Assembly (NCBI GenBank): GCA_963721805.1 | Contig: CAVRJY010000002.1 | Coordinates: 160,001 to 224,000 of the forward strand | Direction of reading: 5' to 3' | Source of the DNA: Nitrospirota bacterium | Lineage (GTDB): Bacteria > Nitrospirota > Thermodesulfovibrionia > Thermodesulfovibrionales > JdFR-86 | DNA length: 64,000 bases | Shown: in pieces, positions 12,398 through 25,138 of the stretch | How positions within the stretch are numbered: the first letter of the stretch is position 1 | How the letters are laid out: each line of letters opens with the position of its first letter | Translations under genes and position numbers: made by a program | The notes under the pieces: generated by a model | What the model was told of the DNA's origin: nothing | Database searches by the model: none | Seen by the model: only the letters and a program-made list of their open reading frames with translations

Positions 12398-12608
12398 GCC
12401 AAGAAGTTCTATCCTCAGCCATGATGTATATAGTAGACATATTAAAGAGGCCGGAAAACCGGGAGGCCGCATGGAAAACGTTTCTGAACGCCTAAACACG
12501 GGGGCGGTCAAATAAATGCGAAATTCCGAAGGGTTGAGGCATGTTTTGAATTTTCATTTGAACGCTATAAAAAAATCGCGCGTGTCCGGGCGCGGAATGT
12601 ATATAACG

Positions 12609-12772
12609 ATGCCGTTGACAGCTCGCACGATTATGCAGGACTACACCAAAGCGCGAGAAATCGTCTTCAGACAAGGAAGCGTGAGAAAATCGTCCCGCAA
12701 GTGTACTGAGATGTACTCTGGAGGGCGATTTTCGAGCGATGACGCAGTATCAAGCGATTTGGCGCGGCTTTC
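12609..12772 (+). repeat. Palindromic intergenic element family A, copy 3 (divergent subtype)
   Basis: ATGCCGTTGAC...CAAAGCGCG..AATCGTCTTCAGACAAGG...GTACTGAGATGTAC...ACGCAGTATCAAGCGATTTGGCGCGGCTTTC. Confidence 0.85.
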
Positions 12773-12847
12773 CAGCTCGCGTGTAAACCAACTAACCCTC
12801 TATGTTATTATTTATGCTTAATCTCAAGCTAAGGAGTTGATACCATT

Positions 12848-14107
12848 ATGATGACGATAACAGAGAAGATCTTCGCCGCACATTCAGGTAAAGCCGAGGT
12901 CGCCCCCGGCGAGCTGGTAAACGCCAAGTTGGACTTCGTGCTGGCAAACGACATCACCGCGCCTATCGCGATTTCGGAGTTCAAAAAGACCGGCGCGACC
13001 AAGGTCTTTGACGCACAGCGTGTTTCTTTGATCCCGGACCACTTCTCGCCCAACAAGGACATCAAGGCCGCCGAGCAGTGCAAGATACTGCGCGAGTTCT
13101 CGCGCGAGCAGGCGCTTACTAACTACTTCGAGGTCGGCCGCATGGGCATCGAGCACGCACTGCTGCCGGAGCTTGGCGTGGTGCTGCCGGGCGATATGAT
13201 TATCGGCGCGGACAGCCACACCTGCACGTACGGCGCGCTCGGCGCGTTCTCGACAGGCGTGGGCTCGACGGACGTCGCGGCGGCGATGGCCACCGGCGAG
13301 TGCTGGTTTAAGGTGCCGGAGTCGATGAAATTTATCTACAAGGGCAAGCTCAATAAATGGGTCGGGGGTAAGGACCTGATCCTGCACACGATCGGCGACA
13401 TCGGCGTGGACGGCGCGCTGTATCGCGCGATGGAGTTCGAGGGCGAGGTCATCCGCTCGATGCCGATGTACGGCAGGCTCACGATATGCAACATGGCGAT
13501 AGAGGCCGGAGGCAAGAACGGGATCATCGTCCCGGACGAGATCACCGAGGCATACGTCAAGGGCCGCGCCAAGAGGCCGTATAAGTTTTATACCTCGGAC
13601 GCCGGGGCGAAGTACGTCGAGGTGCGCGAGTACGACTGCTCGAAGATCCCGCCCACCGTGGCATGCCCCTCGCTGCCGAGCAACACCAAGCCCGCGGCCG
13701 AGCTGTCGGCCATCACGATAGACCAGGCCGTGATCGGCTCGTGCACGAACGGAAGGTTAGAGGACCTGCGCGAGGCCGCATCGGTGCTCAAAGGCCGTAA
13801 GGTCCACCCGTATGTCAGGCTCGTCGTATTCCCCGGCACGCAACAGATATACCTCGACGCGATGGAAGAGGGCATCATCCGCACGCTGATCGAGGCGGGG
13901 GCGGCCGTATCGACCCCGACATGCGGCCCGTGCCTTGGCGGGCACATGGGAGTGCTCGCAAAGGGCGAGCGCGCTATCGCGACGACGAACCGCAACTTCG
14001 TAGGCCGCATGGGACACCCCGAGAGCGAGGTCTACCTGAGCAACCCGGCGGTCGCGGCGGCGTCCGCGGTTCTGGGCCGCATTGGATTGCCCGACGAGCT
14101 GAAATAA
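12848..14107 (+). CDS. leuC: 3-isopropylmalate dehydratase large subunit
   Basis: [49 protein letters not shown]. Confidence 0.95.
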   Translation: MMTITEKIFAAHSGKAEVAPGELVNAKLDFVLANDITAPIAISEFKKTGATKVFDAQRVSLIPDHFSPNKDIKAAEQCKILREFSREQALTNYFEVGRMGIEHALLPELGVVLPGDMIIGADSHTCTYGALGAFSTGVGSTDVAAAMATGECWFKVPESMKFIYKGKLNKWVGGKDLILHTIGDIGVDGALYRAMEFEGEVIRSMPMYGRLTICNMAIEAGGKNGIIVPDEITEAYVKGRAKRPYKFYTSDAGAKYVEVREYDCSKIPPTVACPSLPSNTKPAAELSAITIDQAVIGSCTNGRLEDLREAASVLKGRKVHPYVRLVVFPGTQQIYLDAMEEGIIRTLIEAGAAVSTPTCGPCLGGHMGVLAKGERAIATTNRNFVGRMGHPESEVYLSNPAVAAASAVLGRIGLPDELK

Positions 14108-14575
14108 TTGTCATCACCAGAGGATAAACTTAAAGAACTTGGGATATCGCTCCCGGAGGTGCCGAAGCCGCTCGGGAGCTACGTCCCTTCGCTGATCAGC
14201 GGCAACCTTCTATATACAAGCGGGCAGCTTCCGCTCATAGACGGCAAGCTGATGCACACAGGCAAGCTGGGCAGCGAGGTCACATTGGAAGAGGGCCGCC
14301 TCTGCGCCCGGCGATGCGCGATCAACGCCCTCGCGGTCGCGAAGGCGCAGCTTGGCGGGCTTGACAGGATAGGGCGCGTAATCAAGATCACGGGCTATGT
14401 CGCCTCGGCCACGGGATTCACCGGCCAGCCGGGCGTGCTCAACGGCGCGTCGGACCTGATGGTGGAGGTATTGGGCGAGGCCGGGCGGCACGTGCGAGTG
14501 GCGGTAGGCGTTGCGGTGCTGCCGCTGGATGCCCCGGTCGAGATAGAGTTCGTCTTTGAGGTGATACCGGCCTAG
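14108..14575 (+). CDS. RidA/YjgF family protein
   Basis: LKELGISLP..PKP.GSYVP, SGQLP, NGASDL, GRHxRxAVGVxxLP.DAPVEIE; TTG start. Confidence 0.9.
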   Translation: MSSPEDKLKELGISLPEVPKPLGSYVPSLISGNLLYTSGQLPLIDGKLMHTGKLGSEVTLEEGRLCARRCAINALAVAKAQLGGLDRIGRVIKITGYVASATGFTGQPGVLNGASDLMVEVLGEAGRHVRVAVGVAVLPLDAPVEIEFVFEVIPA

Positions 14576-16554
14576 CTTACGTTGTAGCCCGCCTCCGCGA
14601 GCATACTCTCGTCCTCGTCTATCATGCGTAAAAAAGAATTTACCAGGAACGGGTCGAACTGCGTGCCCGCGCCGCGCCTGATCTCGGCCTTGACGATCTG
14701 GAGGCTGAGGGCCTTCCTGTACGGCCTGTCCGAGAGCATCGCGTCGAAGGTGTCGACGACCGCGAGTATGCGGGCTTTGAGCGATATCTCGTCACCGGCG
14801 ATGCCGTACGGGTATCCCGTGCCGTCGTAGCGCTCGTGGTGCTGGAGTATCGTGGTGCGCACGCCCTGGAGCGTCCCGATCGGGCCGAGTATCTCGTCGC
14901 CGATGATCGGGTGGGCCTGGATCAGGCTGAACTCGGCGTTCGTGAGCCTGCCTGCCTTGTTCAGGACGGCCGAGTCGATGCCTATCTTGCCTATGTCGTG
15001 CAGGATCGAGGCGTGCTCGAAGAGCTCTATCTCGCGGTGGTCGAGCCCGATGTAGCGGCCGAGCTTCAGGCCCATGAACTTCACGCGCTCGGAGTGGCCG
15101 CGCGTGTAGCGGTCGCTGGCCTCAAGCGCGTTGACGAGCGCCTGTATCGTGCCGAAGTAGTTGCTCTTGACCGTCTCGTACAGCCATGCGTTCTCGATAG
15201 CGACCACGGCCTGGTTCGCCATCGTGCCGAGCAGGCTCAGGTCGTCCTCGCTGAACGCCGAGCCGTCGAGCTTGCGCTCCAGCAGCAGGCCGCCGATGAC
15301 CTGCCCCTTCATCTTGATCGGGACGCCTACGGCCGGGGACTGGCCTTCGGGCGCGGAGGACTGGCCCCCGTCCCCGCAGCACAGCACGGTCCTGCCCTCG
15401 CCGATCAGGTCGGCGTAGTACGGGTTTTCGTCCGACGGGATGTCCTTGGCCCGCTCGACCCCGATGCCGTGGGCGTACTGCATCGTGATCGACGAGTGGC
15501 CGTTGCGCATTATTCTGATGGACCCGCGCTCGACCTGCATCAGCTCGGCTGCGGTGCGGATGATGAGCTTTATCAGGTCCTCGGTCTCGATGACCGAGGC
15601 CAGGACGCGGCCGATCTCGTTTACGCTCTTTAAGCTCTCGACGATCTTCTCGAGCTCTATGTTTTTTGTCTTGACCTCCTTAGAGAGGCTCAGCACGGCC
15701 CTGTTTGCGGTCTCGACCTCGCGTATCTTGTGCTCGAGGCTCAGGTTGAGCTCTTCGAGCCTGCCCTTGTGGTCGAGCTCGACGCGCGCGCGGGATATCT
15801 CCTTTTCCTTCCTGAGCCCCTTTTCGTGCAGCGCGCGGACCTCGGCCACCATGTGGTTGAACGCCGCGCCCACCGCCCCTAACTCGTCGTCCGAGCCGAC
15901 CGGGGCCTGGGCGTCCCAGTCTCCGGCCTCGACCCTGCGCATCGAGTCCATGAGTCCGGCCACGGGCATGGAGACGAACCGCGTGAACAGCATGCGCGTC
16001 AGCAGGAGGACGCCGAATACGGTCAGCAGGCCGGTGAAAATCATGATGCGCTTCAGGGATGCGAAGTCCGTGACGCTTTGGGAGATGTCGTACTTGATCT
16101 CGATGATGCCGTTGACGCGGTCGCTCTCGTTATGGCAGCCGAAGCACTGCACGCGGTTGAGCACCGGGTTGTAGTATGTGATCGAGCCGTCCCCTATCCG
16201 GTGGCTCGCGTTAAGGGGATCGAGGCCGATGAGGTCCGACGCCGGGAGCTTCTGTCCGAGCTCTGCCTGGTTAGCGGATTTCAGCACCAGTCCGGTCGGG
16301 GAGATGATCCTGAGGCTCAGGATCTTCTGGTTCTCTCCGATGTCCTCGACCGATTTCTGTACGTCCTCGGTGTTGCCCTGGCTCATGGAGACGTCGATGC
16401 CCTTGAGGATGATGGCGCTTAAGGTCTTTACGTCCTCGGCCTTCGAGGCCACCATCCAGCGGTACTGGAAGCTCAGGGCGATAGCGGTCGAGACCCCTAT
16501 CGCGGCCACCAGGCATACAGCTACCGCTACCGTTATCTTCGCCCTCAGTTCCAT
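14572..16554 (-). CDS. Membrane HD-GYP c-di-GMP phosphodiesterase with periplasmic CxxCH sensor, HAMP and GAF domains
   Basis: Two TM segments flanking CFGCH; HAMP (DELG..AFNHM); GAF (F.EDDL.LL..MANQA.VAIENA); GHSERV, LHDIGKIG, HHERYDGTGYP; start uncertain (16554-16575). Confidence 0.9.
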   Translation of the reverse strand: MELRAKITVAVAVCLVAAIGVSTAIALSFQYRWMVASKAEDVKTLSAIILKGIDVSMSQGNTEDVQKSVEDIGENQKILSLRIISPTGLVLKSANQAELGQKLPASDLIGLDPLNASHRIGDGSITYYNPVLNRVQCFGCHNESDRVNGIIEIKYDISQSVTDFASLKRIMIFTGLLTVFGVLLLTRMLFTRFVSMPVAGLMDSMRRVEAGDWDAQAPVGSDDELGAVGAAFNHMVAEVRALHEKGLRKEKEISRARVELDHKGRLEELNLSLEHKIREVETANRAVLSLSKEVKTKNIELEKIVESLKSVNEIGRVLASVIETEDLIKLIIRTAAELMQVERGSIRIMRNGHSSITMQYAHGIGVERAKDIPSDENPYYADLIGEGRTVLCCGDGGQSSAPEGQSPAVGVPIKMKGQVIGGLLLERKLDGSAFSEDDLSLLGTMANQAVVAIENAWLYETVKSNYFGTIQALVNALEASDRYTRGHSERVKFMGLKLGRYIGLDHREIELFEHASILHDIGKIGIDSAVLNKAGRLTNAEFSLIQAHPIIGDEILGPIGTLQGVRTTILQHHERYDGTGYPYGIAGDEISLKARILAVVDTFDAMLSDRPYRKALSLQIVKAEIRRGAGTQFDPFLVNSFLRMIDEDESMLAEAGYNVS

Positions 16555-16718
16555 TGAGTGGACATACCCCTCCAATTATTTGAAAGCAATAAATATGCCC
16601 ACCTCCAAAAGATTGCAATTGCTCGATAATGCCGCGTAAATACTGCGAGAAATCCCGTCTATTGCTCGAAATGACGCAGCTGCCTGTACCTTTTTGGGAT
16701 TTCATTCTGTTAAACTTC

Positions 16719-18025
16719 ATGATGCCTAAGTCAATCGTAGCGATAGTAGGAAGGCCAAATGTAGGGAAATCCACGCTTTTTAACCGCATTGTCGGACGCC
16801 AGGCCGCGATAGTCGAGGACATACCGGGCGTCACGCGCGACCGCAACTACCTTGACGCCACCTGGGACGAGCATGCATTCATAGTGGTGGACACGGGAGG
16901 GTTTTATGCGGCCCCGCAAGATGACATAACCGTCCAGATGAGGGAGCAGGCGATGTACGCGGTGGATGAGGCCGACGTTATAATCCACATGCTGGACGGC
17001 CCGGACGGGCTCACCCCTCCAGACCGCGATCTTGCCGCGCTGTTGCGCGTCTCGGGAAAGCCGGTCGTATGGGCCGTAAACAAGATAGACTCCCCGAAGC
17101 GCGAAGCCCAGTTTCTGCCGGAGTTCTACGCCCTGGGGGCCGAGGACATCGTCCCGATATCCTCGGCGCACGGCCATAACATAGACGAGCTGATGGAGCG
17201 CGTCCTGGTGCACGTGAAATCCTCTGAGGCTGAGGAGTCCGAATACCCGGCCATCGCCGTGATCGGCAGGCCGAACGCCGGGAAATCCACGCTCGTAAAC
17301 GCGCTGCTGGGTAAGGACCGGATGCTCGTAAGCCCGATAGCCGGGACCACGCGCGACTCGATAGACTCGGTCTGCTCATACCACAAGCGCAAGTACCTCC
17401 TGATCGACACCGCCGGCATACGCCGCAAGGACTCGCGGGGATACAGCCTGGAGCGCTTCGCCTTCGTGCGCGCGATGAAGAGCATAGAGCGCGCCGACGT
17501 CGCGGTGATCGTGATCGACGCGACCGCCGGCATAGTCTCGGACGACCAGAAGATCGCCGGGCTCGTGCACGAGCAGGGCAAGAGCGCGCTCTTTCTCCTG
17601 AGCAAATGGGACCTGCTTACGGAGCACGAGGAGGCATTAAAGCGCTTCATGAACGAGTTTCAGCGCAAGTTCTGGTTCTTCGACCACGCGCCGGTGCTCA
17701 CCGCCTCGGGATCGACCGGCGGAGGATAACCAAGATCTTCCCTATAGTGGACGAGCTCGTCGAGCAGCGGAGCAAGCGCATAAGCGGCGCGGAGCTTAAC
17801 GCGATGCTCAAGACCTTCACGCTGCCTCCGAGCAAGGGCCACAAGGTAAAGCTCTCGTACATCTCGCAGGTCGGCGTCGAGCCACCTCGTTTTGCGGTAT
17901 TCACGAACAACCCCGAGGGGTTCGACCAGGCGCGCATCCGCGCGGTCGAGGCCCGGCTCAGGGAGAGCTTCTCGTTCGCCGGCTCGCCGATAAGACTGTA
18001 CATAAGGGCCAAGGACAAGGACTGA
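16719..18025 (+). pseudogene. der: Ribosome biogenesis GTPase Der, one frameshift in this sequence (probably an assembly error)
   Basis: Two GTPase domains (GRPNVGKST, DTGG, NKID; GRPNAGKST, DTAG); C-terminal KH-like domain (PP.F..F.N, F.F.GSPIRL) continues in another frame after ~17710. Confidence 0.92.
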
Positions 18026-18037
18026 GGAGCATCCGCC

Positions 18038-18886
18038 ATGCGCTTTGTCATGCTATACATCCGAAGCGTGAGGGACTTCATCCGCGACGGCGGCATGATG
18101 CTCGCCGGGTCGCTCTCGTTTTTCTCGATGATGGCGATGGTGCCGCTGAGCCTGTTTCTCCTTTCGGTGCTCGCGCAATTAGTCGGCACCGACCCGGGGT
18201 TCCTGAAGTTCTTCACCGCGAGGTTCTCGGGCATGTTCCCGAAGGCAGCCGGCGACGTGGCCGAGGGGATCAGGAAGCTCATCACAGCGAGGGGCATGGG
18301 CAGCGTAGGGCTGGGGCTTTATGCGGTGCTCTCGGTCCAGTTTTACTGGGCCCTGCACAAATCCATAGACGCGGTCTTCAAGTGCCACAAGAAGCGGATG
18401 TTCATCCTGACCGTGCTGATCTCGTTCCTAGTGGTATCGATGATGGTCGTGTTCCTGTTTCTCTCGTTCACGCTGGCGTCGGCCGTGACGTTCCTGAGCG
18501 ACCTTGCGCGCGACGTCTCGTGGCTTCAGCTCTCGGGCTTCAAGAGGTTCGTCTTCCGCTACGTGCTCTCCCCCGTGGTGTCCACCCTTATCCTGCTTAC
18601 GATCTACGCCCTGATGCCTATGAAGCGCATACGCCTGGAAAACGCGTTTAAGGGCGCCCTCGCCACTGCCGTCATGCTCGAGATCGCCAAGGGCCTCTTT
18701 ACGCTCTACGTCCGAAACGTCCTGAGCCTGGACACCATCTACGGCTCGCTCACCTCGTTCGTCGTATTCATGCTCTGGGTGTATTACTCGTGCGCGATAT
18801 TCCTGATCGGCGGGGAGCTGGTCAACAACCTCGAAGGCGGCGGCAGGGATACGGTCAGCGTGCTTGGCCGAGTCCGCCGCAAATAA
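18038..18886 (+). CDS. YihY/virulence factor BrkB family membrane protein
   Basis: AGSLSFFSMMAMVP; IYGSL..V.FMLWVYYS..IFLIGGEL; multiple TM segments. Confidence 0.9.
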   Translation: MRFVMLYIRSVRDFIRDGGMMLAGSLSFFSMMAMVPLSLFLLSVLAQLVGTDPGFLKFFTARFSGMFPKAAGDVAEGIRKLITARGMGSVGLGLYAVLSVQFYWALHKSIDAVFKCHKKRMFILTVLISFLVVSMMVVFLFLSFTLASAVTFLSDLARDVSWLQLSGFKRFVFRYVLSPVVSTLILLTIYALMPMKRIRLENAFKGALATAVMLEIAKGLFTLYVRNVLSLDTIYGSLTSFVVFMLWVYYSCAIFLIGGELVNNLEGGGRDTVSVLGRVRRK

Positions 18887-19580
18887 ACTGCACCACGCTC
18901 AGCGCGGCGATGGCCGCGGTCTCGGCCCTCAGCGTCCGGGGGCCGAGCGTCGCTACCTTAAGCCCGGCGTCCGATGCGAGCGTGACCTCATCGGCCGTAA
19001 GCCCGCCCTCCGGGCCGACAATCAATATGAACTCGCCCGCCGAAATAGCATCCGCGCTGCTGACCGCAGAGCCGCCTTCCTCCCAAAACACCAGCCCGGC
19101 CGCATTCGCGGGCAGCGATGCGATGAACGCCGCGTAGTCCGTGACCGGTTGGATGACAGGGGGCCGGGGCTGTACGGACTGCCGCGCGGCCTCCGATGCT
19201 ATCTTCTCCCACCGGGGCTGCTTGCGCGTCTCGCGCACCTCGCAGCGGGAGGTCGCAATCGGCACAATAGAAGACACCCCAAGCTCGGTAGCCTTCTGGA
19301 TCACTAGGTCCATCTTCGCGCCCTTAAGCACGCCCTGCGCGAGCGTAATCCTGACGGGTGGCGCGGGTATGGGCGTGAGGGCGCCGATGACCTCGATCAC
19401 GGTGCGGGACTTCTCGAGCGTGAGGATCACGGCATCGCTTCGAAGCCCGCCGTCGTGGATCAGCTCGACATGGTCGCCGGGTGACATCCTGAGCACGGTC
19501 GCGAGGTATCTGGCCTCCTCAGGCCGCAGTATTATTTTTGTCTCTCCGGGGGGGATCGCGGGAAGGATTAGCCTCGGCAT
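18855..19580 (-). CDS. rsmE: 16S rRNA m3U1498 methyltransferase
   Basis: VLRM..GD, K..KMDLVIQKATELGV, EAARQS, VGPEGGL, LGPRTLRAETA. Confidence 0.95.
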   Translation of the reverse strand: MPRLILPAIPPGETKIILRPEEARYLATVLRMSPGDHVELIHDGGLRSDAVILTLEKSRTVIEVIGALTPIPAPPVRITLAQGVLKGAKMDLVIQKATELGVSSIVPIATSRCEVRETRKQPRWEKIASEAARQSVQPRPPVIQPVTDYAAFIASLPANAAGLVFWEEGGSAVSSADAISAGEFILIVGPEGGLTADEVTLASDAGLKVATLGPRTLRAETAAIAALSVVQFICGGLGQAR

Positions 19581-19589
19581 GACGATGCG

Positions 19590-20069
19590 CTATGCGCCGC
19601 CCGAACGCCTTAGCTCGTCGAATCTTCTTACAGCCTCGAACATTACGCCCCCGGTGGGGAGCCTCACCGGGCTTGCCTTCAGGTACGAGGGAAGCTCCTC
19701 GATGAACTCAAACGCGCCGCCCGGCAGGCGCAGTATCTCGATCACGACGTCCTCGGCCCCGCGCCTGAGCGCGCCCTGCATGGCCTCGGCATCATCCCCT
19801 CCCATCAGCAGCCCGAACAGCGGCATGGCCTCGGCGCGCGCGCGCTCAAACGATTCGCGGATGCGGTCTTCGGAGAGGTCGAGTATGCCGGCGAGCTTGC
19901 GCTTGAGGTCCGAGGCCAGGATCATCCTGCCGTCTTCAAAGCACAGGCAGGCGTCAAGGCTCTCGGCGTTTACGAGGAGCACGCCGCTTTTGCGGCTGGA
20001 CTCTATCCACTGCAGGATGTCCGTGACCGGGAAGGCCGATATCTCGCCCTTTATTCCGCGCTTCATCAC
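19590..20069 (-). CDS. DUF4388 (PATAN-like) domain protein
   Basis: IKGEISAFPVTDILQWI...KSGVL, F.DGR, G.FEF, EAVRRFDE. Confidence 0.75.
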   Translation of the reverse strand: MMKRGIKGEISAFPVTDILQWIESSRKSGVLLVNAESLDACLCFEDGRMILASDLKRKLAGILDLSEDRIRESFERARAEAMPLFGLLMGGDDAEAMQGALRRGAEDVVIEILRLPGGAFEFIEELPSYLKASPVRLPTGGVMFEAVRRFDELRRSGGA

Positions 20070-21196
20070 TACTGGCCCGCGAAGAGGTTTTTGAACTTGT
20101 CTTTAATCCCGTGCGCGGCGTGCGGATCCTCAGTGGATGCGCCTTCGAAGGAATGCGCGAACTCCTCGAGCAGCTCCCTTTGCCGCGCCGAGAGTTTCCT
20201 CGGCACGTCGACGCTCACGATCACGACATGGTCGCCGCGCGAGCGTCCGCCGAGCTTCGGCACCCCCTTGCCCCTCACCGTAAAGCGCGAGGAGGGCTGG
20301 GTGCCGGGCGGGATCTTGAGCTTCTGCGGGCCCTCGAGCGTCGGGACCTCGATCTCGGCCCCGAGCGCGGCCTGCGCGAATGTTATCACGCTCTCGGTGT
20401 ATATCGTCTGCCCGTCGCGCTGGAAGAGCTCGTGCGGGGCGATGTCGAGCACGACGTAGAGGTCTCCGGCCGGGCCGCCGTCCATGCCTGGGTCGCCCTC
20501 GCCCGTAAGCTTCAACCTCGAGCCCGCGTCCACCCCTGGTGGAATCTTGATCGAGACCTGCCGGGGCTGGCGGAGCCGTCCGTCGCCGTTGCACCTGGGG
20601 CAGGGGTCGCTGATCAGGGTGCCGGTGCCCCTGCACGTGGGGCAGGTCTTGGCGATGCTGAAGAACCCCTGCTGAAACCTCACCTGCCCGCGGCCGCCGC
20701 AGTCGCGGCATGGGGTCCGCCTGCCGGAGACCGAGCCGGTGCCGGAGCAGTCCGGGCATTTCTCCCATTTCATTATGTCGATGATCTTCTCGGTGCCGAA
20801 CGCGGACTCCTCGAGCGTTATCTCCATGTCGTAGCGCAGGTCGCTGCCCTTGGATCCGCGCCGGTTCCGGCCGCCGCCCGCGCCTCCGAAGAACTCGCCG
20901 AACAGGTCCTCGAATATGTCGCCCATGCCCGCGCCGGCCGTGCTGAACCCGCCAAACCCTCCGGCGCCTCCACCCATGCCTTCTGCGGTGCCGAAGCGGT
21001 CGAAGTTGGCGCGTTTCTGGGAGTCGCTCAGGCAGGAGTATGCCTCGTTGATCTCCTTGAAGCGCTCTTCGGCCTGCTTGTCGGCCGGGAAGTGGTCGGG
21101 GTGGCACTCGAGCGCGAGCTTGCGGAAGGCCTTCTTTATCTCGGTTTCAGAGGCGTCGCGGCCGACGCCGAGTATCTTATAGTAGTCTTTGCCCAT
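20069..21196 (-). CDS. dnaJ: Chaperone DnaJ
   Basis: J domain with HPD, G/F-rich region, four CxxCxGxG repeats. Confidence 0.97.
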   Translation of the reverse strand: MGKDYYKILGVGRDASETEIKKAFRKLALECHPDHFPADKQAEERFKEINEAYSCLSDSQKRANFDRFGTAEGMGGGAGGFGGFSTAGAGMGDIFEDLFGEFFGGAGGGRNRRGSKGSDLRYDMEITLEESAFGTEKIIDIMKWEKCPDCSGTGSVSGRRTPCRDCGGRGQVRFQQGFFSIAKTCPTCRGTGTLISDPCPRCNGDGRLRQPRQVSIKIPPGVDAGSRLKLTGEGDPGMDGGPAGDLYVVLDIAPHELFQRDGQTIYTESVITFAQAALGAEIEVPTLEGPQKLKIPPGTQPSSRFTVRGKGVPKLGGRSRGDHVVIVSVDVPRKLSARQRELLEEFAHSFEGASTEDPHAAHGIKDKFKNLFAGQ

Positions 21197-21271
21197 ATCT
21201 TTGAGGATAACATAAGTAAGCGGGCGGAGGCCCGTTTTCAGGGGTCCCCGCCCGCCACTTTTATCAGCCCG

Positions 21272-23215
<1,944 letters not shown>

Positions 23216-23276
23216 CTTGAAAATCCTCCTTTTATAGCACTCAAATAATACACCTTATCGTGGCGAATTTGAATGG

Positions 23277-23828
23277 TTAGTTATTGCCCTGCCCGGGCCG
23301 CTTCGATACCGCGACCATCGTCGCGCGCAGTACCTTGTCCTTATACATGTAGCCTTTCCTGAATGCCGCGACCACGGTGCCCTCCTCGGCGTCCGGCTGC
23401 TCGACATGGCTGATCGCGTGGTGAAACTGCGGGTCGAACGGCCGGCCCTCGGCCTCTATGGCCTGAAGCCCGTACTTCTCTAACGTGCGCATCAGCTCGC
23501 GCCGCGTGGCCTCGACGCCCTCGGCGAGGCCCTTGCAGGCCTCCGGGGCCTCGGCCATGTGCGCCAGCGCGATCTCCATGTTGTCGACCGAGGTCAGGAG
23601 TTCGGCCATGAGCTGCTCGTTTTGGTACTTGAAGATGTCCTCGCGGTCGCGGTTGACGCGCTTTTTGTAGTTTTCGAACTCCGCGTACAGGCGCATGAGC
23701 TTGTCGCGCTCGGCGTCCAGCTCGGCCTTCGGCACGCACTCGCCCGGCGGGGCGGCCTCATCCTCCGGCTCGGCCACCAGCTCCACGTCGTCAGCGGTGA
23801 ACTCGTCGTCCTTTTCTTCTTCGCTCAT
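23277..23828 (-). CDS. grpE: Nucleotide exchange factor GrpE
   Basis: RLYAEFENYKKR, FDPQFHHAI, KGYMYKDKVLR; ATG at 23828. Confidence 0.95.
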   Translation of the reverse strand: MSEEEKDDEFTADDVELVAEPEDEAAPPGECVPKAELDAERDKLMRLYAEFENYKKRVNRDREDIFKYQNEQLMAELLTSVDNMEIALAHMAEAPEACKGLAEGVEATRRELMRTLEKYGLQAIEAEGRPFDPQFHHAISHVEQPDAEEGTVVAAFRKGYMYKDKVLRATMVAVSKRPGQGNN

Positions 23829-23839
23829 CGTTACGGTCC

Positions 23840-24856
23840 TTATCTTGATATGGTGTTCGAGATCAGCCTCGCGGCCGCCTCGACTATCGGTATGGATTTC
23901 ACGTAGTCCATCCGGGTCGGGCCGATCATCCCGATGCTCCCGATCACGCGGCCGCCCTGCGTATAGGGCGCGAGTATTATGCTCAGGCGGCTTATGTCCA
24001 GCAGAGGGTTCTCCGAGCCTATCAGGATGTGGACGCCCTCGTCGCCCATCATGCCCTCGATGAGCTTCAGTATCGCGTGCTTGTCTTCGAGAGCGCCCAC
24101 CAGATCTCCCAGGCGGTTGGCGAAGTCCGGCAGCCCCAGCAGCATGGACATGCCCGACAGTATCACGTCGCCTTCGGGGTAGGTGAGGGCCTCTCTGCAT
24201 ATCTCGGCCGCGCGCGTCACCAGTATGTCCGCAATCGCGCTTTCGCGCGCGAGCTGCCCCATGAGCCTGAGCCTGATCTCGCTGATCGGCTGGCCCGAGA
24301 ACTCAGAGTTCATGAAGTCCGATATCTTGTTGAGGTCGCGCTGCGAGAGGTCGATGTCCATGTTGATGATCTTGTTTTTGATGAGCCCCTCGTTCGTAAG
24401 CAGGATGACCGCGATCTGCCGCCCCCTGTACCTGAACATCTGCACGCGGTTTAGCGTGCTGCCCTCTGGCCGCAGCGGCACCGCGAAGGCGAGGTAGTGC
24501 GAGATCTCAGAGAGTACGGAGATGGCCTCGCGCAGGACGTTGTTCATGTCCGTGCGGACCTCGTGCACGCGGCGCTCCATGGCCTCGGCGCTCGCGGCCT
24601 CGGCGCTCATCGGCTCGCGGCTAAGCGTGTCGACGTAATAGCGGTAGCCCTTGTCAGTCGGCACGCGGCCGGCAGAGGTGTGGGGCTGCGAGAGGAAGCC
24701 CATCTCCTCGAGGTCGGCCATGATGTTGCGGATCGTGGCCGGCGAGAGGTTAAACTCAAAGCGCTTGGTCACGAAGCGCGACCCCACGGGCTCGGCCTTC
24801 TGTATGTAGCTCTTAACTATAGAGCAGAGCACTCTTTCCGTTCGTTCGTTCAGCAT
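23840..24856 (-). CDS. hrcA: Heat-inducible transcription repressor
   Basis: EPVGS, SPATIRNIMADLE, QPHTSAGRVPTDKGYRYYV, IGPTRMDY. Confidence 0.97.
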   Translation of the reverse strand: MLNERTERVLCSIVKSYIQKAEPVGSRFVTKRFEFNLSPATIRNIMADLEEMGFLSQPHTSAGRVPTDKGYRYYVDTLSREPMSAEAASAEAMERRVHEVRTDMNNVLREAISVLSEISHYLAFAVPLRPEGSTLNRVQMFRYRGRQIAVILLTNEGLIKNKIINMDIDLSQRDLNKISDFMNSEFSGQPISEIRLRLMGQLARESAIADILVTRAAEICREALTYPEGDVILSGMSMLLGLPDFANRLGDLVGALEDKHAILKLIEGMMGDEGVHILIGSENPLLDISRLSIILAPYTQGGRVIGSIGMIGPTRMDYVKSIPIVEAAARLISNTISR

Positions 24857-24868
24857 ATGGCCCTCAAA

Positions 24869-24895
24869 TTAGCACTCTCGGCATTAGAGTGCTAA
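24869..24895. promoter_or_regulatory. CIRCE element (HrcA operator)
   Basis: Perfect TTAGCACTC-N9-GAGTGCTAA immediately upstream of hrcA. Confidence 0.97.
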
Positions 24896-24900
24896 TTTTT

Positions 24901-24930
24901 AATTTAGCATCCGCGTCCATGCGGTGTCAA
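24901..24930 (-). promoter_or_regulatory. Sigma70-type promoter of the hrcA-grpE-dnaK operon
   Basis: Minus strand TTGACA, 18-nt spacer, TGc-TAAATT, directly upstream of CIRCE. Confidence 0.7.
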
Positions 24931-25138
24931 GCAATTGAAAAACGGGCGTAATTTGATTGAAATATAGTCTATAAAGGACAACCCGCATGTGCCCGCGCGA
25001 ATGCTAAAAAATTTGACGATGGTTGCGGAATTTGTGTATATTACTGCAGCATGCGCCGTTAAAGTATTAATGTAAGAGTAATACAGCGGCAAGGTCTGTG
25101 ACCCTGTGACGTCTGGCGATTGAAAAGGAGACTCCCTG

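Noticed and set aside
10474..12772. Family A hairpins as integron attC sites or a classical MITE
   Set aside because: No intI in the window, no RYYYAAC/GTTRRRY core ends, no same-orientation cassette array, and no clear target-site duplication
16600..16700. AATGCCG and TGACGCAG fragments resembling family A
   Set aside because: No long hairpin or other conserved blocks; likely chance
23829..24200. ORF-track N-terminal extension of grpE (similar extensions on hyfC, mvhA, gmhA, HIT and ferredoxin)
   Set aside because: They overlap upstream genes and show no family similarity; downstream starts were used
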